DNA of 64,000 bases, from assembly GCF_018350175.1 (NCBI RefSeq), contig NC_058369.1, forward strand, positions 16,990,001 to 17,054,000, given 5' to 3'. The position numbers and the translations under genes are program-made. Under the pieces are notes generated by a model, which ran no database searches, was not told where the DNA came from, and saw only the letters and a program-made list of their open reading frames with translations. The DNA comes from Felis catus (lineage: Eukaryota). Positions 27,821-38,384 of the stretch are shown here, piece after piece. Numbering within the stretch: the stretch's first letter is position 1; every line of letters starts with the position of its first letter.

Positions 27821-28411
27821 ATCTGACATTGTTTCAGCATGTTTAATGGCATTCAAGGCCCTTCACAATCTGTCCTAAGTTGCCCTTTCCAGCCTCATTA
27901 CCTAGGACACCTCCCTCTCACAATCTTTGGTCATATGGCAAGACTTTCCTATGGGTATCCTCCTGCTGCCTTGAATGTCCTCTCTTCCCACATGATTCTG
28001 AAAAATGCCTCCTCTCCTTCAAAGTCCAACTTAAAGCTCTCTCCTTGAAGCCTTTCTAAACTAGTAATTCCAACTCTTACAGATTTGTATATACCTCTAT
28101 TATGACATTGGCACAGTGTATTATAATTATTTGTTTAGAATTCTGTTTCTCAAGTATACTGTTAATTTCCTTAGGTTAGGGTATGTCTTATTCATCCAGG
28201 GTTCCTGGCATCTAGCGTAACGCCTGGCTAAGTGCTCAGTAAATATTTATGAAAGAAGGATTTTTTTTTTTTTTTTTTTTTTTTTAGTAAACTCTACAAC
28301 CAACATGGGGCTGGGGACTCATGACTCTGAGATCAAGAGTAGCACGCACTACTGACTGAGCCAGCCAGGAACCCCTAGGAAAGGGTATTCTTAAAAATAG
28401 GCGCTACAGAC

Positions 28412-28771
28412 TCATGGACTGAATTGTGTCATCCCAAATGCTGCATGTCGAAGCCCTAACCCCTAATGTGACTGTATTTGGAGATGGGCTTATAAAGAGG
28501 TAATTAAGGTTAAATGGGCCCTAATCCATAGGACTGGCATCCTTATCAGAAGAGGAAGTAACACCAGAGACCTCCCTCTCCACGTGTGCATAGAGAAAAG
28601 GCCATTGGTGGATAGAGCAAGAAGGTGGCTGTTTGCGAGCCAGAAAGAGAGGCCCTGCCAGAAACCAACTCTGGTGGTACCTTCATCTGGGACACCCAGC
28701 CTCCAGACATATCTGTTGTTTAAGCCACCCAGTCTGTGGTATTTTGTTATGGCCATCTAAGCTAATATATA
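28412..28771 (+). mobile_element. MLT1A-like (ERVL-MaLR) solo LTR
   Basis: atggactgaattgtgtc...gaagccctaacccctaatgtgactgtatttggagatggg...taagccacccagtctgtggtattttgttatggc. Confidence 0.85.
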
Positions 28772-28899
28772 GACCATTTCTGGGATTTCAAACATGTACA
28801 AATATACACTTTTAGTGAAGGTAAGAATTCAAACTCAAACTGACAAGAATGGGTGGTGAGTGGACACAATGACATTAGGAAAATGGCTTTTTAAAAAGT

Positions 28900-28905
28900 T
28901 TTATT
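28900..28905 (-). terminator. Probable CSPG5 polyadenylation signal (AATAAA)
   Basis: tttatt on + at 28900-28905, ~370 nt after the stop codon and just before repeats resume. Confidence 0.6.
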
Positions 28906-29070
28906 TCAAGAACTTTGTTTTTTACTCTTATTTCAAAAAAAGGTGGGTCAAAGTACAAAAAAAAAGTAGTTGAATAACAGCGTAGGTTTAGAAATCACAG
29001 CAGCAGAAGCAATGTACAGACAGCACAGACAAAACAACCCAACGTATGCAATTTTGTCTGGGTTCTTTGC

Positions 29071-29073
<3 letters not shown>

Positions 29074-29117
<44 letters not shown>
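29074..29117. repeat. (GT)22 microsatellite in CSPG5 3'UTR
   Basis: Perfect dinucleotide run between the stop codon and the poly(A) signal. Confidence 0.95.
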
Positions 29118-29119
<2 letters not shown>

Positions 29120-29271
29120 CCCCTCCTGTACAAAATACATCAAAGCATGCCATGAGATCAGAAAAAGAAAAGAGTTTAACAAATGGTTACAAGAAATAGA
29201 CTCTGTACAAGAGGAGGTCATGTTTCTCCCCGTACCCCCCCTCCCCCCATTTCCTCTCTTCTTGTTCTGCT

Positions 29272-29433
29272 TTAGGTTAGGTTATTCTGAAGACAGTTCA
29301 CCTCCAAGTCAGCCTGGTCACCTTTGCCACCCTCAAGTTTGGGTGACATGGAGTTCTGGATGTTAAATGACTCCTCCTCTTTCAGGCAGGACTTGAGAGC
29401 TTCCTGGATTTTGTGGGGAGCACTAGGGTCATC
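29272..29433 (-). CDS. CSPG5: CSPG5 exon 5, coding part to stop
   Basis: Acceptor ctcctcttccag|. Translates DDPSAPHKIQEALKSCLKEEESFNIQNSMSPKLEGGKGDQADLEVNCLQNNLT*, with TAA at 29274-29272. Confidence 0.97.
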   Translation of the reverse strand, partial: DDPSAPHKIQEALKSCLKEEESFNIQNSMSPKLEGGKGDQADLEVNCLQNNLT

Positions 29434-29982
29434 CTGGAAGAGGAGAAAAGATGAGGAGGGGCATGAAGGAGACAGTGGGTAGAGGGATCAAATAACACTC
29501 TAGGCTTTTGAAAGAAGAAAGAAAGAGGCTCTAAGACTCGAATGGACCAAAGTGACTCGTTAGCAGCTACTTTCTAGGAATGTCTTCCTAAAAAAACACT
29601 AGCCAGACAGGGATGAAACCTGGCAGGTAACCGGATTACAAATCCCTTTAATGGAGGCCAGTCTGAGGTTTTCAGAGGGGAGGAGGAGGGGGTGGGGGAA
29701 GGGGGAGAGAAATAGTCCCTTTAACACTTGATCTGGCCCCTCAAGAGTCTCAGAGCTCCCCTTGGGCAGGGCCTTCCATCCTGCTGCGGCTCTGCTTTCC
29801 CAGAAAGGTACTGGTCAGGGAGCTCCCCTAGTCAGGGGCATGAATAGGCCCATGGTCAGGTGCAGAGTTGCTCCTAGCAAAACTAGGGCCCCTCTCCCCA
29901 TGGCAAGTATACCTCCTTTGACAAGAGGCCAGAGATGTGCGTGCCCCTTTACCAGGAGAAGTTCATCTACCAAAAGATGCTA

Positions 29983-30202
29983 GGGGTGCCTGGGTGGCTC
30001 AGTCGGTTAAGCGTCTGACTTCAGCTCAGGTCACGATCTCGCGGTCCGTGAGTTCGAGCCCCGCGTCGGGCTCTGGGCTGATGGCTCAGAGCCTGGAGCT
30101 GCTTTCGATTCTGTGTCTCCCTCTCTCTCTCTGCCCCTCCCCCGTTCATGCTCTGTCTCTCTCTGTCTCAAAAATAAATAAACGTTAAAAAAAAAATTTA
30201 AA
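29983..30202 (+). mobile_element. Young SINEC_Fc-like SINE in CSPG5 intron 4
   Basis: Near-consensus CpG-rich body; TSD aaaagatgcta at 29972-29982 and 30203-30213. Confidence 0.95.
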
Positions 30203-30538
30203 AAAAGATGCTAACTTACAATCCATGCCCAGGTGAGTCTGGCCGCCTCGATGGTACTCGTGCGGCTTCGCGTCAGACAATACTCACAATACTCATGCGG
30301 CTAGCTTCCCACCCATTTCTGACGTGAACCCGCCCCATGTATGCATGTCTCTCCATGGACGTTGCCTGCAGCCCTGTGACAAGCTCCTGGCCCTGAACTG
30401 AATTTTCTCGTCAGAGGTTTTCTGGAAACCCCACACCAGTACACAGTCCTCCAGGTCTGTGTTCTGGGCATTCAGAGAACTCCCACAGTGGCACCGGCCT
30501 TCCTGCCATGCTTTTCCTGCAGGGCCATCTGGGGGTTA

Positions 30539-31235
30539 CAGGCACACCTCATTTTTATTATGCTTTGCAGACACTGCCGTTTCTTTTCATTGAAAATTTA
30601 AATTTTTTAAATTTAAATTTATTTTTTTTAATGTTGGTTTATTTTTGAGAGAGAGAGACAGACTGCGAGCAGGGGAGGGGCAGAGAGAGAGGGAGAGACA
30701 GAATCTGAAGCAGGCTCCAGGCTCTGAGCTGAGCACAGAGCCCGATGAGGGGCTCGAACTCACGAAGGGTGAGATCATGACCTGAGCCGAAGTGGGAAGC
30801 TTAACCGACTGAGCCACCCAGGCGCCCCAAAATGTTATTACGCTGAAGGTCCGTGGTAACCCTGCAGCAGGCAAGTCTGTGGGTGCCATTTTTCCGGCAG
30901 CAGCTGCTCACCTCGTGTCTCTGTGTCACATTTTGGTGATTCTCGCAATATTTCAAACTTTTTCATTATTATTTTTTTTGTTATGTGATCTGCCATCAGT
31001 GATTATGACTCAGTGAAAGCTCAGATAGTGATTAGCATTTTTTGCAATAATGTATTTTTTAATTAATACGTACATCTTTTTAGACAACGTGCTATCGCAC
31101 ACCTGCTAGATTACACGCTGTAACATCACTTCTATGTGCCCTGAGAAACCAGAGTTTGTCTGATTCGCTTTATCTTGACATTCACTTACTGCAGTGGTCT
31201 GCAATTGAACCCACAATACCTTGGAGATATGCCTA
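30539..31235. mobile_element. Internally deleted Tigger1-like DNA transposon, interrupted by a SINE (~30600-30828, -)
   Basis: TA|caggcacacctc ... gagatatgccta|TA terminal inverted repeats and Tigger1 subterminal sequence (gtgtctctgtgtcacattttggt). Confidence 0.8.
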
Positions 31236-32080
31236 TATACCCAGTGTGATTCAGCTGGCCTCAGTTCCTTCTTAGGCACTCCAAATAGCTATTGTAAGTG
31301 CTTGGAACTCTGCTGATCAAAGAGGTTGGGTGAACACCCAGGCAGGCTCACCGGTGGCCAGAAGGGTAGAGAATGTTGCTATCTGACCAGCTAGCTCAGA
31401 CTTTTCTTGGTTTAACCACTTCCAAAATTGATGGTCATCATCATGCTGAAGGAACAGGACAGTCTCCACACAACTGTGGCGAGTCCTTGCCCATGCTGAC
31501 TGCTACTGAGTTTGACCCATAACAGCACTAGGTCAGGGTAGTGACTGGTTGGACAGAAGGTAGGGAAAGGCTTCAGGCTTATGCAGGATACTATGGGTGC
31601 TCAAAAGTCCTGTGCCTAAACAAACCACTGTCACCTCCCCCTGCTCCCAGCCTCACTTAGCACTTTTTCAGAAGACTGGCTTGAATACAGCATTATAATA
31701 CAGTTTCAAAGACCTCAGGAATGATTTATGGACAACAGGGGAACACACGTTCCCCATTCACAACTCCACAAGAATAAGAAGAAATGAACTTCATACAGTG
31801 TTGAGGCAGATTTCAGGTACTTGATATTTTCTATTACTGCTGGGAGAGATTTAGAAAAAAACCTTTTCAAGAGCATAAATTTAGATGTGGTGAGATGGAA
31901 ATATCTCCATGATATATTAAGTATATGTATACACGTACACACACGTACACACACAGGCTTTAAGGAGAGGGAAGCGGGAGGGGGTAGAACTGCAATTTTC
32001 ATTCCATGTACTTCTGCGTGGTTTGGGGAAAGACACTGGGCATGGAAGCTTGAGAGGTGGGCCTTTAAAGATCCTGGGTC

Positions 32081-32290
32081 GGGGCACCTGGGTGACTCAG
32101 TCGGTTAAGAGTCCGACTCTTGGTTTGGCTCAGGTCATGATCTCACGGTTCGTGGGTTGGAGCCTCCTGTTGGGCTCTGGGCTGACAGAACGGGGCCTGC
32201 TTGGGATTCTCTTTCTCCTTCTCTCTCTGCCCTCCCCAACTCATGCCCAAGTACACTCAAAATAAATAAATAAACTTAAAAAAAAAAAAG
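32081..32290 (+). mobile_element. CAN-SINE in CSPG5 intron 4
   Basis: ggggcacctgggtgactcagtcggttaag head and A tail. Confidence 0.9.
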
Positions 32291-35200
32291 TAAAGATCGT
32301 GGATAGAACAGACTTTGGATCACAGCAAGCCTGGAACAGGAGAGGATGGCCTGTGTTCACCCACCCTCTCACGAGGACAGGACTCACTTCCGTGCTGTTC
32401 AACATCCTGCTCCCCCCACCCCATCCTTGACATCAGACAGGCTTTGAGGGCAAACAGGGGCATCATGTGAGGAAAAGTAGATTTAGGGGTGTTTACAGAT
32501 CTGGACATCTAAGCTGTGATGCCATGAAGGTGAGGGCCCAAATGAAGCCTGGCCCCTTGAGGGCTCATGGGATTTAGACAGATGAGAAAACCGACTTCTG
32601 GGCCGATAGGTGGGATACGGATATTCTAAAAATAAGGAACGTATGTATCCCACGATGCTATTAGACAAGCTAAGTACTTCCAACAAACAGCACAGGTGAG
32701 GCAGTGTCTAAACCAAGATGGAGCTATCCTAATCCACGTGTCTCCTCCAGAACTAGATCCTATTAAGCTGAGGGCTGCTGAAACCCTCTGCAGAAGGCCC
32801 GTCTGCCTTTGGCTTGCAGAAGTCACTCGTGGAGACGGAGCTGGCCCTCCATCTGGCCTAAGTCCTGGCAACTGCTCTGCGTCCCCCTTCCCAGCATTCC
32901 ACCCCAGCCAAATGGACATCCTTCAGCCCAGGGGTAGTGTGGGTTCAGGCCCGCACCCCCACTTGTCCAGACACAAATCTCTCTCAGAAGGGGATGGGCA
33001 GTCAGTATTTTACCAAATACATGAAAGAAATCGAGCCTAGGAGTAAGAAAGATTTAAACTGGGGTGGGGAGGTCAGGGGAGGACTAAAGGACCCCATGGA
33101 CAAGTCTAGTAATTACTAGACTGAAATCCTGGAAGGTCTGTCAAATCTCAGGAAGGCCAAGTTATATCCACGACCTTCGCTGACGGTGCAGCGTTTGCCG
33201 TGGGACTCGGGTGACTTCCCACACGCTGTGCTGCCCACACACTAGCCATTCCTCCCTTTTCCCCGATGCTCCTTTCGGGGGGCTGGCTGCTCAGCTCCAG
33301 GGCCCACGCACTCTCGGCCACTGGCTCCCTGGCTGTGGAAGCCAGGCGAGGAGCCGCACGAGGCCACTGGAGCCGTGGTGGGGAGGGGAAGTGTCACCGG
33401 CACAGACACCAGCAGCGGCTCCTTCCCAGATGTTGTCTGCAATCATTCAGAGTGTGGCCTGTAGAGATTGCTGGAGATGGGTGGGGAAAATGACCCACTC
33501 AGTCCACTTCACTTATGTAAAAGAAATAACCCCTCTCTTAAGATAAGTAGGACTCTCCAAAATTTTCGGAGCCTTCAATACCAAGGGCATTTGAGGGGTG
33601 AGGGGAAGGAGGTGGCAGAGACTACATGGGCGGGTGTGACTTGGAGGCACCTGGTTCCCCCTCCCAGCTCGCCTGGAGATCTCCCGGCTTTTATCCTGCT
33701 GCTAGCATCACTGGTAAGCAGCCAATATGGCGGCTGAGCAACAGATAGAGCTTCACGTCATAATAAAGTGGCAACGGTCTTAACTGCCAGTGCCTGCAAG
33801 ACCTTCAGTATGACCACGTCTGACTTTTGGGCTAGGTGGAGAGAGTTAAGAGATGAAGGTAGAAAATCCACAAGTACACACCCTGCTGGACGGGACAGGC
33901 ATCCCCTCTCATGCTCAGGGCTTTGGCAGAGAGGACATGATGTCCCCTGGGACACAAGTTGAGGGAAAGATGCCAGGTGGGAATGACCTTAGAGATCCAA
34001 GAGGTGACAGAGACCTCCAGAACCTCATCTTGCCACCACTTCACTGAGAGATGTCCTCAGCACTGCCCAGAAAACCCCACGGCCCTTCTCAGCAGAGTCC
34101 ACCATAGCTGCCCAGTCCCTGCTCCACTCCGTTTTCAAGGCTTGCCATGTTCTGAGTTCAAGGTCAGTGGGAACGTTCATGGACAAATGCTGTTCCTTCC
34201 ACAAAGTTGGGTCAGCCAAGAAGAACTGGAAACCTCCATATTGGCTCATGCAACCAAGACCTCCGAGAAAAGCTAATTCCTTCCTCTCCCTCTTTGGGAA
34301 GAGGGAAGGAGTCTTTCTACACTTGGGGTGACAGAAAATGTATGTGTCAGAAACTTTCCTAAGACACTTGCACTCTGCGGACAATGTATACCCTGACTGG
34401 AGGAACCATCGTTCAGGTCTGACCTGCTGCCCCACATGTATGAGATGGCAGATCAGACAACAGAACCAGAAGACCTTGCAGCAGGCCATCAGTCACCAGT
34501 ATTCCACGGATGACTGAATGCATACTACCGCGAGGTGCTGGGCTAGGTGGGAAGGGGGTATACGCACAGGCCTATATCCTGTGAGCTGATGAATGTGTTT
34601 ATCAAGACTAAAGTTTATAAGACATCTTGTTTCCTTGGTTATTATGTCCATCTTGAACTTATTAATATCTTGATGCATACCAAGTAAAATAATATCTGTT
34701 GTTTCTCTACCCTTTATATCAAAGACTTCAAAAAATTATCCTAAACTAACCTCTTTCATTTCTTATTTAAAGGACCTCTTTGCTCCTCCTCCACCAGGCC
34801 AAGTTCTTCTTTCCTGGGGTTTGGTGAACAAGGTCCCATTTACTATTCTTCTCTCTTTTCCTTCTGGGGGCTACACTTTACCCATCTATAAAAGGAAAAC
34901 AACGATCTAGATCTGCTGTCCCATACGGTAGCACGTGCCATGTGCCGAATTCCTGGACTTGGCTGTGACACGATCTGGAGCTTGGATGGTTTCCGCTTTA
35001 TTTATGAAATTCTCTCTGACAGTATCCAGTACTTAACTGGTTGTCTGGTCCAGATAACACACTAAGCCAGGATCTTTAGAAACTGGTCTATTGGGACCTT
35101 CTATTGGGTTTCAACTGACATTTACGAGCCCATCTTCCTAAGAAGAGAACTTACCCCCAGACTCATGCTTCCACCAGTGTTCTGTGCTTATCTTACCCTC

Positions 35201-35742
35201 ACCAGTGGATATATGCCTGCCAGTTTTAGGGTGCTTAAACAATATAAAGGACACTGTTTTCCTAGCCATCCAGAGGTTTCTGCACTCATCCCAAAGAGCA
35301 ACTACCATTCACTTCAGTGCCTGCCAGGAAATTCCCTCTCAATGAAAGCAGAGTGTTTCTTCTTGACACAGAATGTAGAGAGACAAGGAGAAAGACCAAT
35401 CAGACTTCTAAAGTCTAGACGAAGCTAAAAATCAGGAGTCCTCCTAGACAAAGAGCTTCCATACTACCTGTAACTCTGCTCATCAAGGAAGTGACACGCC
35501 ATCCTGCCCCTAGTCCCACAATCCCGATCCCAGCAGGTCACCCTGAGCTGACCTCCAGAGCTGTGGGGAGGGGCTCCACACTCACTTGGAAATAGATCAG
35601 AGACAGGGTAAGGGCCGGGTGTGCATTACCTTGAGGGGAGTTGTGGGGGGAAGACGAGTTACCTGACAGACAAGTTACCACAGAGAGCCAAGGTGAGGGC
35701 AGGGGGGAAGGAGGTACGGGGAGTGTCTCCAAGCTTCCTTAC

Positions 35743-35818
35743 GTTTGGGTGAGAGCCTTCGGCAATGGTGGAGAGGGAGAAGTTATCGTTGTGGAGTTCA
35801 GACGGGGTCCGGAATTTG
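35743..35818 (-). CDS. CSPG5: CSPG5 exon 4 (proximal donor form), cytoplasmic domain
   Basis: Acceptor tcctaaccag|, donor AAC|gtaagg. Translates NKFRTPSELHNDNFSLSTIAEGSHPN. 76 nt, ends in phase 0. Confidence 0.95.
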
Positions 35819-35894
35819 CTGGTTAGGACAGAAGAGAGCAGGGAAAATGTGAGTGAAGTGATCACGGCCAAACCTGACGAGAGCTTCCTGGGTC

Positions 35895-36220
35895 AAATAC
35901 TATATTTCATCAAATGCCACGGGCCGTAATAAGATGTGCCATTACTTGCTGGGCCGCTGAGAAAAAAAACTTCTACCATTTAAACTGTGATCCAATACTT
36001 TCTTATCACCTAGAGCGTTTATTATATACTGGAAGTAGCTCATTGTGACATTAGATAAAGAACCGATGGTGATATGAACAGCTCTGGCCAGGATCGCGAA
36101 CGCCAGGCACTTACAACTACATCATGACTGCATCTGGCCAACAGTGGTTATAAGATACAAGCGACCAATTTCAGACATGTGAATATGGGGGCGGGGGCGA
36201 TGTGTATCTTAGACTCAGTA
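35895..36220. mobile_element. Possible Tc2-family (MER104/Kanga-like) DNA transposon fossil in CSPG5 intron 3
   Basis: tactatatttcatc... and ...tgtgtatcttagactcagtac ends resemble Tc2-type TIRs; degenerate. Confidence 0.4.
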
Positions 36221-37642
36221 CAGCACAGCAGTATCTGTCGTGCTACGTGTGGTGTTATCAGAGTGGTAACCGGCCCTGGGAAATGAGGGTGACAGCGTTT
36301 GAGCTGAAGGGCACGGGGGCCATGCTCTGTACAAACTGTGTAGCCTGCTAGGGGAGGAAGGCCGAGAACGGGCCCTGTCTCTGGCTGCTGCCCCCTGGCA
36401 GTTGCCCCTTCTCTCCCCCACCCTCCTCAGCAGCTATCCTGATAGGTGGTCGCACCCTCTCCCTTTGCTCCCCTCTGCTGCAGCCGTCCTGGGTGCAGGC
36501 ATGGGAAAACAAGGGTCCTGGCTTGTGATCACACGCACAGATACGGCCCCGCCTCAGTGCACAGGCACAATGGAGAGATCCCTTCTGCCCCAGGATGGTG
36601 AGCTGAAAGGCCAGCGAGTGCACGTTGCATGAGTTTACCCAGCAAAGGAGCAACAACAGATGGTGTGTTTGTCCTTTTCCCAGGACCCAGGGAAAGTCCT
36701 TCAGTCACATTCTCTGGAGGGGGTCTCAGGTCAGGGGGGAGGGGATAAGGGGGCAACAGGGTAAAAGGGAGGTTGGGGACAGTTCTGCATAAATTTTCTC
36801 ACGGGCCCCCAGGCGGCTGAACTGCCACCTCCTCCTTTTCTGACTCCAGTGACACTTTAGGACATTCTTTGGCTCAGTGCTAAGAGTGATTCTCTCAGCA
36901 TATAAGGTCACGTCCAAGTGTTGAAGGCACGGATGTAAAGGCAAATGCGTGCTGACTGTCACAAGCACACAGCAGCCACTCACTCCTCTGCTGAGAGAGA
37001 AGCTGACACGAGACTCTATTCCCATCTGGCCCTTAAAATCCACAGCAGAAGTTAAGCCTAGCCCCTCCCACACCCAATATTCTACTTAGGAGAGGTAAGG
37101 TGGATTTCCCTAAATTCCTTGCGCTTTTGTTCGGACCAAGGGTTGACAAGTTTTCAACAGCAATGCACTGCCAAGCCCCTTCTCTTCCGTGTTCGTGGAG
37201 GAAGAGCCTGTACCGAGTGACAGCAGGTCTGAGGGAGCTGGGGTTCCTTCCTGTAGATGTGTGAGTGGAATCCTCACACCAGCCATGACGGACAAAGCCC
37301 TGGGAAACAGGTGCAGTCAGCCAGTGGTGGGCTGAGCATAGTGACCTACACGGGGGACCACAGCCAGGTGCACTGGTGGCCTTTTCTTTAAGCACCATCT
37401 ATCCCCGGGGTGGGGGGTGTCGGAAATAGTGCCAGACAGCGGCAGAGGGGCCACGGGGTCTTGGGCTCTACGGCAATGCCAGCACATCCCGCACAGGAAT
37501 GGATACACTTGGATGAGTGTTTGGTGTGAAAAACACAACTAGGGATGTAGAGCAGGTGCCCGGGCCCCTGGTGACGATGTCCCTGGAGCAGGTGGAGGGG
37601 CGCGGACGTAGGGTCAGGTGGGGCGGGCCCACACAGACTCAC

Positions 37643-37831
37643 TTGGTCCTACGCAGCTTGGTATTCTCTGTCTTGAGCAGATATAGCTTCTTGGCGAAGA
37701 ACACTGTCATCATGAAGAGCAGGAGCAGTACAAGGGCAGCCGAGCCGACGGCCACGCACATCACCTGGAAGTCGGTGATGATGGACTCGCAGCGCATCCC
37801 CTTGTGCCAGATGTAGTCCTGTGTGTTGCAC
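37643..37831 (-). CDS. CSPG5: CSPG5 exon 3: end of EGF-like domain and transmembrane helix
   Basis: Acceptor ccgccacag|, donor AA|gtgagt. Translates CNTQDYIWHKGMRCESIITDFQVMCVAVGSAALVLLLLFMMTVFFAKKLYLLKTENTKLRRT. 189 nt; phase consistent with neighbouring exons. Confidence 0.97.
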
Positions 37832-38004
37832 CTGTGGCGGCGACAGAGAGAGACTGAGATGACGGGCAGGCAGCCGTGGCCACAGCGAGGGCCTGGTCCC
37901 TGAGCCCCATACTCACCTCAACAGCCCATTCCTGGGACTGTGTTGAGGAAGTGTGATGTCCCCGATCTGTGCAGGCCTCATAGCTGAGACTCTGTACAAC
38001 CACC

Positions 38005-38384
38005 CCATGAGGTGATGGGCACTGAGGAGGGCACTTGTTGGGATGAGCACTGGGTGTTGGATGTTAGAGATGAATCACTGGCTTCTACTCCTAAAACCAG
38101 TACTACACTGTATGTTAACTAACTTGAATTTAAGTAAATCTTTTTAAAAAAAAATTTTTTTTTCCAACGTTTATTTATTTTTGGGACAGAGAGAGACAGA
38201 GCATGAACGAGGGAGGGGCAGAGAGAGAGGGAGACACAGAATCGGAAACAGGCTCCAGGCTCTGAGCCATCAGCCCAGAGCCTGACGCGGGGCTCGAACT
38301 CACGGACCGCGAGATCGTGACCTGGTTGAAGTCGGACGCTTAACCGACTGCGCCACCCAGGCGCCCCAAATTTAAGTAAATCTT
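38005..38384. mobile_element. Short L1 3' end (+) with young SINEC_Fc (-, 38143-38367) inserted in its tail
   Basis: ggatgagcactgggtgtt L1 3'UTR motif; 16-bp TSD aatttaagtaaatctt at 38127-38142 and 38369-38384. Confidence 0.9.
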
